From Alphaproteobacteria bacterium (GTDB lineage: Bacteria; Pseudomonadota; Alphaproteobacteria; SP197), in the NCBI GenBank assembly GCA_964291265.2, contig OZ219746.1, forward strand, positions 128,001 to 192,000: a DNA stretch of 64,000 nt, read 5' to 3'. The notes beneath the pieces were generated by a model. That model searched no databases, was not told the DNA's origin, and saw only the letters and a list, made by a program, of their open reading frames with translations. The position numbers and the translations under genes were made by a program. Numbering within the stretch: the stretch's first letter is position 1; every line of letters begins with the position of its first letter. Shown in pieces: positions 18,532 through 28,130 of this stretch.

Positions 18532-20721
18532 ATGGATATCGTTCTGATCGGCGGTGGTCATGCCCACGTCGAGGTTCTGCGAAGCGCTCTCATGACACCC
18601 ATCTCCGGCGCGCGCTTCACCCTGGTCACGCGGGATGTCGCGACACCCTATTCGGGGATGATTCCCGGGTATCTCGCGGGACATTATTCCCGGGCGGAGG
18701 CGCACATCGATCTTGTGCCCCTTGCAGCGCGGGCCGGAGCCCGGCTGATCCATGCTGCCGCCACCGGCCTGGACCCCGAAGCGCGCCAGGTGCAATTCGA
18801 GAACCGTCCCCCCCTGCGTTTCGATGTCGCCTCGCTGAACATCGGTTCCCGACCGGCAAGCGACGGAATCGCCGGAGCCGGGGTGCACGGTCTGCCGGTC
18901 AAGCCAATCGACCGCTTTCTTGAACGCTGGACGGACGTGGAAGCGGTGGCGTGCAGGACCACAGGGCGCTACCGCGTGACGATGGTTGGTGGGGGTGCGG
19001 CCGGCGTCGAGGTCGCCATGGCTCTCCATCGCCGCCTCGCGGACCACATGGACGAGGCCGGGCGTGATTCGGCATCGCTCGTCTTCACCGTCGTGAGCGC
19101 CGATTCGGCCTTGCTGGCGGATCACACGTCCCGCGTGGGCAAGATGCTTGCCCGGGCCCTTGCCGGTGCCGGCATCGGCATCTGCCTGAATGCGCCTGTC
19201 GTGGCACTTGAGCATGGTCATGTCCGCCTGGATGACGGTTCCGCGTTGGAGAGTGATGTCACAGTCCTTGCCACCGGAGCTGCCGCGCCGGACTGGATCC
19301 GCCACACCGGACTCGCCGTTGACAGCAGGGGATTCGTCGCCGTCGATGGCTTCCTGCGTTCGATATCCCACCCGTACGTGTTCGCTGCCGGCGACATCGC
19401 CGGCTTCACACCAGGTGAGCTGCCCAAGAATGGCGTCCACGCCGTGCGCCAGGGGCCGTTTCTGAACAGCACCTTGAGGCGCCTTGCACACGGGCGGGAA
19501 CCAGTGGCCTACAGACCCCAGCGGCACACCCTGGCGCTTGTCTCGACCGGAAGGGCGCGCGCGGTGGCCTCACGGGGACCGGTCGCGGTGTCAGGGCGCT
19601 GGGTGTGGCGGTGGAAGGATCGCATCGACCGGCGGTGGATGCACCGCTATCGGGATCTGCCGATGATGGACGAGGTCCTTCCCATGCGGTGCGGCGGATG
19701 CGGCGCCAAGGTGCCGTCGCGCGTGCTCGAACGGGCGCTGAGCCGTCTGGCTGTTCCCGCCATGCCCGGTGTCCTGGTAGGCCTCGACGCGGCCGACGAC
19801 GCGGCGGTTCTCGCGCCGGTCCCGGGCAAGGTGATGGTGCAGACGGTCGACCAATTCCCGGCCTTCGTTGACGATCCCTGGCTGTTTGGCCGCATCGCGG
19901 CGGTTCACGCACTCTCCGATGTCCACGCCATGGGAGCCGAACCCCATGCCGCCATGGCACTCGTTGGTCTGGTTCCCGGCGAGGCAGACACCATGGAAGA
20001 CGATCTCGTGCACATGCTCGAAGGAGTCCTTTCGATCCTTCGCGAGGAGGGTTGCGCCCTGGTGGGCGGCCATACCGGGGAATCGGACCGCGCCGCCCTG
20101 GGGCTGGCCGTCACCGGTCATGTCGACGAGTCGGCGCTCATTCGTGCTTCGGGCCTCGAACGGGGTGACGTCCTTCTTCTGACAAGACCACTCGGCACCG
20201 GGACACTGCTCGCCGCCAACATGCGCGGCGAGGCCGAGGGTGCGTGGGTCGGGAGCATTCTCGCTGCCATGCAGCGCAGCAATGGACCGGCGGCGCGCCT
20301 TCTCGCCGGTGCCGGCGTCCGTTCGATGACGGACGTGACCGGTTTCGGGCTTGCCGGACACCTGTGGGACATGGCGCGGGCCTCGGGCGTCGCCATCGAG
20401 ATCGGCAGGGTCCCCGCCTATGCCGGGGCGCTCGAACTCCTCGCCCGGGGCCGGGCCAGCACGCTACATCCCGGCAATGTTGCGGCGCTGAAAGGCATCC
20501 TCGATGCCGATGTGGCCGACCCGATCCTGTTTGATCCGCAGACGGCCGGAGGACTCGTTGCCGGACTTCCGGAGGAAAGGGCAGATGAGGCGTTGGCCCT
20601 CCTCCATGAAGCAGGCGAGCTCGGCGCCGCGCTGATCGGACGGGTGACCGGTTCGGAGGCCGCAGCTCTCTCGCTCGGGCCGGGCGCTCAGCCGTTCACG
20701 TATTCCGGCACGAACATGTAG
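18532..20721 (+). CDS. selD: Selenide,water dikinase (Cys form) fused to an N-terminal FAD-dependent NADH-dehydrogenase-like domain
   Basis: GGGHAH, YSGMIPG, GGGAAGVE, FAAGD; then CGGCGAK, DDAAV, QTVD, SDVHAMG, GGHT, TDVTGFGLAGHL, DPQTAGGL. Confidence 0.93.
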   Translation: MDIVLIGGGHAHVEVLRSALMTPISGARFTLVTRDVATPYSGMIPGYLAGHYSRAEAHIDLVPLAARAGARLIHAAATGLDPEARQVQFENRPPLRFDVASLNIGSRPASDGIAGAGVHGLPVKPIDRFLERWTDVEAVACRTTGRYRVTMVGGGAAGVEVAMALHRRLADHMDEAGRDSASLVFTVVSADSALLADHTSRVGKMLARALAGAGIGICLNAPVVALEHGHVRLDDGSALESDVTVLATGAAAPDWIRHTGLAVDSRGFVAVDGFLRSISHPYVFAAGDIAGFTPGELPKNGVHAVRQGPFLNSTLRRLAHGREPVAYRPQRHTLALVSTGRARAVASRGPVAVSGRWVWRWKDRIDRRWMHRYRDLPMMDEVLPMRCGGCGAKVPSRVLERALSRLAVPAMPGVLVGLDAADDAAVLAPVPGKVMVQTVDQFPAFVDDPWLFGRIAAVHALSDVHAMGAEPHAAMALVGLVPGEADTMEDDLVHMLEGVLSILREEGCALVGGHTGESDRAALGLAVTGHVDESALIRASGLERGDVLLLTRPLGTGTLLAANMRGEAEGAWVGSILAAMQRSNGPAARLLAGAGVRSMTDVTGFGLAGHLWDMARASGVAIEIGRVPAYAGALELLARGRASTLHPGNVAALKGILDADVADPILFDPQTAGGLVAGLPEERADEALALLHEAGELGAALIGRVTGSEAAALSLGPGAQPFTYSGTNM

Positions 20722-21845
20722 GCTCCCGCGTCGCGGAGCGCCGGGTCGTCGCTCGAGAGACACGTCGAGCGCACATCCTGAATGATCCGGCCGGCCGCAG
20801 TCCGGGTCCAGAACCAGGCGATCACGGCTCCGGTATCGATGGCACCGGTGTAGGCTGCGGCAGACTCCATGTAGTAGGCCTTCAGGTCTTCCGAAGCGAG
20901 GCGCAACTGGTCGATTCCGGCCCCCCGAGCCTGCGTTTCGCCATCGAGCCAGGCGGTGAGCAGCCGGGCGGCGCCGGGCGCGTCCTTGCCCGATCCACCC
21001 AGGGCGGTGCGGCCGCGCCTTGCGACGCTCATCTCATACCAGGGACGCAGGCTGTCGACTTCCTGGAGCAACGGGCCGTCGCGGTTGACGGCCAGGAGGT
21101 CAAGGACATCCCGGTCCTCCCCGTCAGGCGGCGCCTCTTCGGTGAAGTCCTCGAGAACGGACCCGGCTGGTCTGTCGAAGAGGTCGAGGAGGGCCATGAG
21201 GACGCGCCGCTGGAACGGCGCATTGTCTGCCGTACCGAAGGGTCGACCCAGCGGAAACGGCACCCAGAGAGCGCGCGGCGGCCTCACATCCTCGGCCTGA
21301 CCGCGTACCAGAGCGATGAGTGCCGTCGCCAGTCCCTCGTCCTCCATGAATTTTGCCAGTCCGCTCACGGCGCACGTGCAAAGAGGTCAGACGGGGGCGA
21401 GGATGACCGTGTTGACGCCCTCCGCCTTCATCTCGCCGGCAAGGTGGCGCGCCGCGCTTTCCATGGCGAGGGGATCGGTCGCGCCCATGAACGAATAGTG
21501 TGTCTTCGCCACGGAACCGATTGCACCGGTGCCGGCGACCTCCAGGAGCCGCTGCAGTGGGAAGACGACATTGATGTCTTCCTGGAAACCCGTCCGATCG
21601 TGGGATGTCGAAACATGATCCTGAACGACATCCGCCGCATCCTCGACAGGAATGCTCCGGTAGTCTGCCGAGCCCTCGCTGAATGCCTGATCGCCACGCA
21701 GCCGCAGTCCGGCCGAGGACACGAGTGCGACCCGCCGCATGGCCGGCGGCGCCGGTTCGATCCAGGGCGAGCCCGGGATATCGGGACAGGAGAACTCGGT
21801 CAGGAATTCCGCCATGTCCGGGTTGAGGTCAGTCATGCGTACCAA
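20688..21845 (-). CDS. Selenoprotein, glycine/sarcosine/betaine/D-proline reductase B (GrdB/PrdB)-like, with C-terminal extension; Sec153 at UGA 21389-21387
   Basis: ORFs 21845-21387 and 21368-20688 share a frame: GTC TGA CCT CTT TGC ACG TGC GCC GTG AGC = V-U-P-L-C-T-C-A-V-S; VALVSSAG, D.N.VFPL.RL, YSFMG, PPRALWVPFPLGRP; RBS GAGGAGG before TTG. Confidence 0.88.
21352..21382 (-). promoter_or_regulatory. Putative bacterial SECIS hairpin
   Basis: TTTGC..CGC-CGTGA-GCG..GCAAA just 3' of the UGA; apical loop ~17 nt downstream with G in second position (folded by hand). Confidence 0.6.
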
Positions 21846-21861
21846 GGGCGCCTCCTCACGG

Positions 21862-23307
21862 TCAATTGACGCTGTCGACGGTTTCGAGCATCATCGGTGC
21901 GAGAGTATCGACCGTGCGTTCTGCCCAGTCCATCCGTGGCACCGCGTCCATCATGGCCTTCTGGCCGGCTTCCAGGCGATCCAGTTCGGCCGCCAGATCA
22001 ACGGTCACGATCTCTCCATCGGCGACCACGCGCTCGCCATCCACCCAGACATCCTTGACGGCACGTTCGGCAGCGACCACGATGAGTGTGCGCAGGGGCT
22101 CTCGGACTGGCCGCATCGCCGGGTGAGCGAGATCGATCGCCACGAGATCGGCCCTGGCTCCGACGTTGATCTTCCCGAGATCATTGCGCCCCAGGGCCGT
22201 CGCGCCGCCGACCGTGGCGGCATGAAAGATGTCCTGGTAGTCAAGATCGGAGACACTGCCGGCCACGAGGCGGGCGGCAACGGCCGCCGTGCGCATCTCG
22301 TCCAGCATGTTGTGCGGATAGGTGTCGGTGCCCAGGCCCATGACGATCCCGTGCCTCCGGTAACCGCCAAAGGTGTCAAGTGCGATTCCGCGGCGCGAGA
22401 ACACGGTCGGACAATGGGCAACGCCGGCGCCGCAGTCACGCATGAGATCAAGATCGCGACGTGCAGTCCAGTGCAGCCACGGATGATGATCAAGGAAGAT
22501 GCAATGGGCAATCGTGCTTCGTTCATCGAGCACCCCGATGTCGTGCATCCACTGGATCGGCGAGGCACCGTGACGCCTTTGCATCTCGTGGAACTCGGTC
22601 ACGGATTGCGCGGCATGGATCGTCCACGGGAGCTTGCGTTCCCTCGCCGCTGCGTGGCTGTCGCGCAGGGTCTCCTCGCTGCAGGTGTCGACCTGGGAGG
22701 GGGCAACCATGCCCGAAAGGCGGCCTGAGGGATGCTGGCGTGCCAGCTCGATGACGGCCAGCGCCCGCTCCAGCCCCCGGGCGCCGGCGCCTGGCAGCCA
22801 GTCGTAGTCGAGGCTGTGCCCGTCCGTCGTCAACCAGCGTGCATCGCGGAACATCGGTGCGGCGACGGCACGGATGCCGCTCGCAGCAAGGGCGTCGACC
22901 CAGCCGTCGTAGGGCATGGAAAGATCGACCGCCGTGGTGACTCCCGATAGCAGCAATTCGGCGAGCGTCACCTTGAGACAGGCCTCGCGTCCGTCATCGT
23001 CCGTCGGGTTGAAGACCGGCAGGTGTTCATAGAGCGAGCTGTGCCAGAAGCCCGGGGACCGTGTTTCGTCGGTGATCCCCTTGCGCATCGCCTCGCTCTG
23101 GGCGTGGGTGTGGATGTTGACGAGGCCGGGCATGACGAGGAGGCCCGAGCCGTCAATGCGCCGGCTGGCCGGAACGTCCAGGCCCTTGCCGACACGGGTG
23201 ATGGCGCCGTTGGCGAAGGCGAGGTCGGCATGCCGCAGGTAGACATGCCTTGTTCCGTCCCAGGCCACGAGCCAGGCAATATCGTGGATGAGGGTTGTGT
23301 CATGCAT
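21862..23307 (-). CDS. Metal-dependent amidohydrolase (Atz/Trz, chlorohydrolase/deaminase-like)
   Basis: MPGLVNIHTH, SGVTT, IHAAQS, AHC, HCP, LGTD, GA.ADLV. Confidence 0.9.
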   Translation of the reverse strand: MHDTTLIHDIAWLVAWDGTRHVYLRHADLAFANGAITRVGKGLDVPASRRIDGSGLLVMPGLVNIHTHAQSEAMRKGITDETRSPGFWHSSLYEHLPVFNPTDDDGREACLKVTLAELLLSGVTTAVDLSMPYDGWVDALAASGIRAVAAPMFRDARWLTTDGHSLDYDWLPGAGARGLERALAVIELARQHPSGRLSGMVAPSQVDTCSEETLRDSHAAARERKLPWTIHAAQSVTEFHEMQRRHGASPIQWMHDIGVLDERSTIAHCIFLDHHPWLHWTARRDLDLMRDCGAGVAHCPTVFSRRGIALDTFGGYRRHGIVMGLGTDTYPHNMLDEMRTAAVAARLVAGSVSDLDYQDIFHAATVGGATALGRNDLGKINVGARADLVAIDLAHPAMRPVREPLRTLIVVAAERAVKDVWVDGERVVADGEIVTVDLAAELDRLEAGQKAMMDAVPRMDWAERTVDTLAPMMLETVDSVN

Positions 23308-23648
23308 GGTTTGGCACCGCCATCATAAGGGCAAGCGCGACAGGGGACCACCCGACAGACATGCGCACGCTTGAAGAAGACGACATCATGCCGCTGGCCG
23401 CCACCGCCTGGACCCTGGGACCCGGCGGTCCGCATGACGGCTGGCTCGGACTGGATGCGCTCTGTCGCTTGGCGTCACGATCGATCTCCTGGCTCTCGAA
23501 GAACTCGGCGACGACTTCGACATGGCTTCGCGCCCGGCGTCCACAGGATCGGCAGAACGATGAACCCGCAGCGGTTCCGGGTCTCGTCAGGCCGTTGCCC
23601 GACCGGGCGCTCTGTGACCTGAGCGGTTCGGCACGGGAAGAATGCTAA

Positions 23649-24036
23649 GCCGAAGTTCCAGCACCGTTCAGAGGTATCGTTATGAATGTATTGACGATTG
23701 AGAGAATCGCGTGTGTCGCTACTGGGAACGCTAGAGGCGCACGCCGAGGTGGTTCAGGGCTTTTTTATGGAGCGTCGTGGGCCGCGTGGTGACCTGGAAG
23801 GGCCGCAGGGTTTCGACGTTCTCCATGGGCCAGGAGGAGAGACTGGTGGCGGGGGGCTCATGCGGTTGGGGACGATGTCCACGTACATGGCAACGTACAT
23901 GGGGGCAACAGCTGCCTGTGTCAACATGGTGTTTCACCGTTACATGGGAACTCTTGCATGTTGTCTCTGTGCGATTTTATCAGTAAGATCAACTAGTTGG
24001 TGTGGTTGTATTGCTAAAGTCGTCCGGAACTTCGGG
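23649..24036 (-). mobile_element. Internally deleted IS1634-like element (388 bp, MITE-like)
   Basis: Inverted ends GCCGAAGTTCC / GGAACTTCGGG, flanked by CTAA on both sides; minus strand keeps MYVDIVPNRMSPP, SLSSWPMENVETLR and C-terminal TRPTTLHKKALNHLGVRL; lower GC. Confidence 0.7.
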
Positions 24037-24129
24037 CTAAGTTGAGGACGCGCGAGACAGCCCAACGTGCCGCTGTCTTCTGCAACCACCGCTGCAGCCG
24101 CTGATCCATGCGGCGGCGAACGCCGGTTG

Positions 24130-25164
24130 CTAGACCTTGACCGTGCCACCGGCCTCGCGCCATGCGGCAATGCCGCCGATCATGTGGCAGACATTGCGCA
24201 CGCCGCACTGGCGCGAACTCTCTACCGCCATCGCCGAACGCTCGCCGAAGGCGCAGTAGTAGACAAGTCGATGGCCAGGACGCCCGGCGAGGGCGCGCAG
24301 CGCCCCGCCGGGTTCGATCATCTCCGCGAGGCGATCGTATGGCGCATGCACCGAGCCGGGGATCGTTCCTTCGCGGGCCCGTTCACCGGCCTCACGCAGG
24401 TCGACGAGGATGTCGTCGGGCCGGCGGTCGTGCATCACATCGCGCGCGTGCATCGCGCACTCGGGATGCGCTTCGTCCTCTTGATCTCGGCCGACGCTGA
24501 GATTCGCCGGAACAGCCACGTCCATCATCCTGGGGTCGCTGAGATCGAGGCTGTCCATCAGTTCCGCGTATTCGGCGGGCGAGGCAACCTGGAGGCGAGG
24601 GTTGAAGCGCCTCTCCTCGCCGATGGTGCTCACCGTGTCACCCTTATAGTCGTGGCCGGGATAGACCAGGGTCTCGTCGGGCAGCGTCAGCAACTTGCCG
24701 AAGAGCGAGTCGTACTGCTGCAACGCGTCGCCGTTCTGGAAGTCTGTGCGGCCGGTGCCGCGGATCAGCAGCGTGTCGCCGGTGAAGACCCGGTCCGCCA
24801 TCACGAAGCTGTAGGAATCGGCGGTGTGCCCCGGCGTGTGGAGTGCGCGCAGGCTCACGCCCTCGACCTCGATCGGGTCGCCATCGTCAACGCGCATCGA
24901 GACCACGTTCACCGGCGCCTCGCGGCCCATCACGGTGATGCAACGGGTGCGGTCGCGCAGTGCCGCCATGCCGCTGATGTGGTCAGCGTGGACATGGGTA
25001 TCGAGCACCTTGGCAAGCGTGAGGTCAAGTTCGTCCAGCAGTGTGAGGTAGCGCTCCACCCGCTCCTCTACAGGGTCGATGATGAGCGCCTCGCCCCCGG
25101 CTTGCCCGCCCAGCAGGTAGGTGTAGGTGCCCGAATCCTGATGATGGAGTTGGCGAAAGATCAT
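24130..25164 (-). CDS. Persulfide dioxygenase (ETHE1-like MBL fold) fused to rhodanese
   Basis: THVHADHISG, TPGHT, FTGDTLLIRGTGRTDFQ, PGHDY; rhodanese YCAFGERS, GGIAAW. Confidence 0.92.
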   Translation of the reverse strand: MIFRQLHHQDSGTYTYLLGGQAGGEALIIDPVEERVERYLTLLDELDLTLAKVLDTHVHADHISGMAALRDRTRCITVMGREAPVNVVSMRVDDGDPIEVEGVSLRALHTPGHTADSYSFVMADRVFTGDTLLIRGTGRTDFQNGDALQQYDSLFGKLLTLPDETLVYPGHDYKGDTVSTIGEERRFNPRLQVASPAEYAELMDSLDLSDPRMMDVAVPANLSVGRDQEDEAHPECAMHARDVMHDRRPDDILVDLREAGERAREGTIPGSVHAPYDRLAEMIEPGGALRALAGRPGHRLVYYCAFGERSAMAVESSRQCGVRNVCHMIGGIAAWREAGGTVKV

Positions 25165-25583
25165 CGACGGTTGTCCGCTGTGCGATTTGTCACGGCGTCA
25201 TTGTAAGGCTTCGCCGCCGCCTCGGGCCAGCGCAACGGCCCCGGGAGGAGTGACATTCCTTGCCCAACATCCAACGACACTCCGGCCGTCACTCGCCAGA
25301 ATCTCAGCGATTGCCGTGCCACGCGGTTCGTGCCCGGATGGCGCTGACGGGCGAGGAGCAGCTCGTACGTCACCGCCTTGCCGCTCCGCCAAGCCCGGCC
25401 TCGGCGATGAGCTTGCCGGTCCCAGCCCGGCAGCGGGGTGACGCTTGCCGAGGCGCTCGCGTCTTCTGGGCACGCGTTTCGGTCCAGGCAAGCAGGAGGA
25501 CCGGTCGCCAGGCGGCCGGCATCAACCGTCGGATTCGGGGTCACTGGACTTGAGAGCCAGGCCAGAGGGTTTTCGGAAACGCA

Positions 25584-28130
25584 TCATCGGACCTCCGGCG
25601 GGGAGAGGCGGCTCAGCAGGTCATGGCTGTCTGTCTCGGGGGACGCGGCGTCCGGCCTTTCGACGGTGTAGCCAAGGCTCTCATACCCTCGGACGCGCTT
25701 GTCGCTCATGCGCATGAGTGTCGGCACGGAGAGGTCGACATAATCGTGGACCAGCACTTCGTGCTTCGCCGCATGCAGGCGGTGGAGACGGCCGACATAT
25801 TGTGCCAGCGTGCCTCTCCATGAGATCGGCATCGTCAGGAACAGCGTGTCGAGGCGGGCGTCGTCGAAGCCCTCGCCGACATAGCGCCCCGTTGCGATGA
25901 TCACCCGCTCTTGCGTCTCGGGGATGCCTTCGAGACGCTGCATGATCTCGTGGCGCTGCCTGATCCCCATGCCACCACGGAGAACGAGCACGTTCCGGGC
26001 AAAGCGGCCGAGCCGCTCCGCAAGATGGTGGGCATGGTCCCTGCGCTCGGTGAGCAGGATTGGCGACCGGCCCGACTCCAGCGCCTGCAACACGTCGTCG
26101 AAGATGATGTCGTTGCGATCCTCGTCGGCGGCCAGAGCGGCGTAGACATGCTGGATCGGCGGGCGCTCCGCGTCCATGCGGGCCGGCAGCCTGAATCCCG
26201 TCGGGCGCAGGATCGCCCGGTGTCCGAAGGGTCGCTGTCGGGCCTGCGCCTTCGCGCTGGTCCGGAACCGGACGGGACCGCACTGCATGAAGACAATCGG
26301 ATGGTGACCATCCCGGCGCGTGACCGTTGCGGACAGGCCGAGGACGTATGTCGCCTTGGCCCGGCGGGCGACCGCCTCGAAGCTGACGGCGGAGACATGG
26401 TGGCACTCGTCGACCACGAGATGCCCGTAGTCGGCGATGATGTCGTTGACTTCACCCTTGCGCACCAGACTCTGGATGACGCTGACATCGACAATGCCGC
26501 CCGGCTTGCGCCTGCCGCCGCCGATTTGTCCGATCGCGGTGGCAGGGAGATCGAGGAACGCCGCAAGCCGCGCGATCCACTGTTCCATGAGCTGGCGGCG
26601 GTGAACGAGCACCAGCGTGTTGGTCTTGCGGGCGGCGATGACAGACGCGGCGACAACCGTCTTGCCGAACCCGGTTGCAGCCGAAAGCACGCCGGTCTCG
26701 TACGGCAGCAGTGCATCGGCGGCGGATTGCTGTTCCGCTGTCAGGCTTCCGAGAAAGGTCGTTTCAATCGGCCGGCCGGGATTGCGCTCGTCGCGCATGT
26801 CCAGGGAGACGCCCAGTTCATCCAGCAACCCTTTCAACGCCTCGCCGCAGCCGCGAGGCAGGCCGATGTGGTGAGAAAGCAACTCGGCGCAGGCGACGAT
26901 GCGCGGGATTCCGAAGGTGGAGAGCCGCATCGCCTGGGCGCTGTAGAAGGCCGGGTTCTGGAATGCCGCGAGACGCATGAGTCGGTTGACAAGACCGGGC
27001 GGCAGACTGGCGCGCGGAACGTAAATCTGGTCGCTCAGAACCGCGTCGATCCGCTTTGGCAGCGGTCCGGCAATCCGGGGCAGCGGCCGCTGCCGCGACG
27101 GCGCCGCACGCCAGGGCTCGTCATCCTCGTCGCCGAGTGGCAGACGCAGCCCGACAACCCGGCCCTGCCGGCCGGCCTCGTCGGCGATGGCGGCCGCCTC
27201 GGCCGGGGCGAGGCGGCGCATGGACGAAAGAAATGCCCACTGGTCGGCATGGGGCTCGAAGCTGTCGTCCAGAAAGACGCTGTTGCCGTCCTCCCGCGGA
27301 GCGCCCTGCAACGGCAGCGCGATGAGATTGCCGAAGCCGCCGGCGGGCACGGTGTCCTGGCTGGGAAAGAACCGGTCGTAGGACGCGAACCCGATATCCG
27401 GGTTGCGTTCCATCGTCTCGGTGATCAGATGGGCGCCGAGACGGCGTGCGAGGACGGCGGGAACCGGTTCGGCGAAGAAGATCCAGACATGCCCGCCATT
27501 GCCCGAACGCGAGCGTTCGAGGGCCGCCGGTACATCCTTCGAGCGGCAGGCTTCAAGAAAGGCGCCTGCGTCCCGCCGCCAGCTCGCCTTGTCGAAGTCG
27601 GCGGCGAGAAACCGACAGGTGTCGTCCGCAAGCATGGGATAGACGCCGATCGTGTGACGGCCGCGCAGATGCCCGTCGATCGCCTCGTCCGTCACCTCCC
27701 GGAATGCCTGGTTGGGACAGGCACCGCACTTGACGCGCGGCTTGTCGCAGATGCGGGGCACCCACTCGTTGGCGCAGACCGGCGCGTAGCCTGCCTTGCT
27801 CTTCGCGGCATTTTCCCAGCGCTTCGAATAGACATCCTCGCGACCACGAAACAGGGATCTGAACAGTGCGATCTTTTCGCCCGTCGGCGAACGGTTGGTG
27901 ATCGGTCCCGCGGACGGCAGGACGTCCTTCAACGCCGTGGAGCGGCCCCCGATCTCGACGAGACGGACCTCGAGGGCCGCCTTCTCGACCTCAAGGCGCG
28001 CAAGCCGCCTGCGAATGAGCGCGGCTTCCCCGTGGTGACATGAAGCGTGCGCCAACGTGTCCCCGTTTCGTGGATCGACCCGTGCATGGGGGCAAGCAAG
28101 CAGGATAGGACTCCTCGAAAGGCCCGGCAA
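25584..28130 (-). CDS. AEP (TOTE-type primase-like) domain + SF2 DEAD/DEAH helicase
   Basis: LFRGREDVY, GYAPVCANEW, FLAADFD, ERSRSGNGGHVW, GNLIALPLQ; ATGFGKT, DECHH, GLSAT, GEGFD, QYVGRLHR; start uncertain. Confidence 0.85.
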   Translation of the reverse strand: MPGLSRSPILLACPHARVDPRNGDTLAHASCHHGEAALIRRRLARLEVEKAALEVRLVEIGGRSTALKDVLPSAGPITNRSPTGEKIALFRSLFRGREDVYSKRWENAAKSKAGYAPVCANEWVPRICDKPRVKCGACPNQAFREVTDEAIDGHLRGRHTIGVYPMLADDTCRFLAADFDKASWRRDAGAFLEACRSKDVPAALERSRSGNGGHVWIFFAEPVPAVLARRLGAHLITETMERNPDIGFASYDRFFPSQDTVPAGGFGNLIALPLQGAPREDGNSVFLDDSFEPHADQWAFLSSMRRLAPAEAAAIADEAGRQGRVVGLRLPLGDEDDEPWRAAPSRQRPLPRIAGPLPKRIDAVLSDQIYVPRASLPPGLVNRLMRLAAFQNPAFYSAQAMRLSTFGIPRIVACAELLSHHIGLPRGCGEALKGLLDELGVSLDMRDERNPGRPIETTFLGSLTAEQQSAADALLPYETGVLSAATGFGKTVVAASVIAARKTNTLVLVHRRQLMEQWIARLAAFLDLPATAIGQIGGGRRKPGGIVDVSVIQSLVRKGEVNDIIADYGHLVVDECHHVSAVSFEAVARRAKATYVLGLSATVTRRDGHHPIVFMQCGPVRFRTSAKAQARQRPFGHRAILRPTGFRLPARMDAERPPIQHVYAALAADEDRNDIIFDDVLQALESGRSPILLTERRDHAHHLAERLGRFARNVLVLRGGMGIRQRHEIMQRLEGIPETQERVIIATGRYVGEGFDDARLDTLFLTMPISWRGTLAQYVGRLHRLHAAKHEVLVHDYVDLSVPTLMRMSDKRVRGYESLGYTVERPDAASPETDSHDLLSRLSPPEVR

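Noticed and set aside
19684-19710. SelD itself as a selenoprotein
   Set aside because: The active-site motif is encoded by TGC codons (CGGCGAK); there is no in-frame TGA
23881-23955. Short repeats (acgtacatgg) as a possible CRISPR or iteron array
   Set aside because: Only 2-3 short irregular copies with no spacers; explained by the IS remnant's 5' region
25200-25580. Small ORFs at the island edges (also 23360-23648 and 30300-30700)
   Set aside because: No recognisable motifs or consistent frame; cannot be supported as genes
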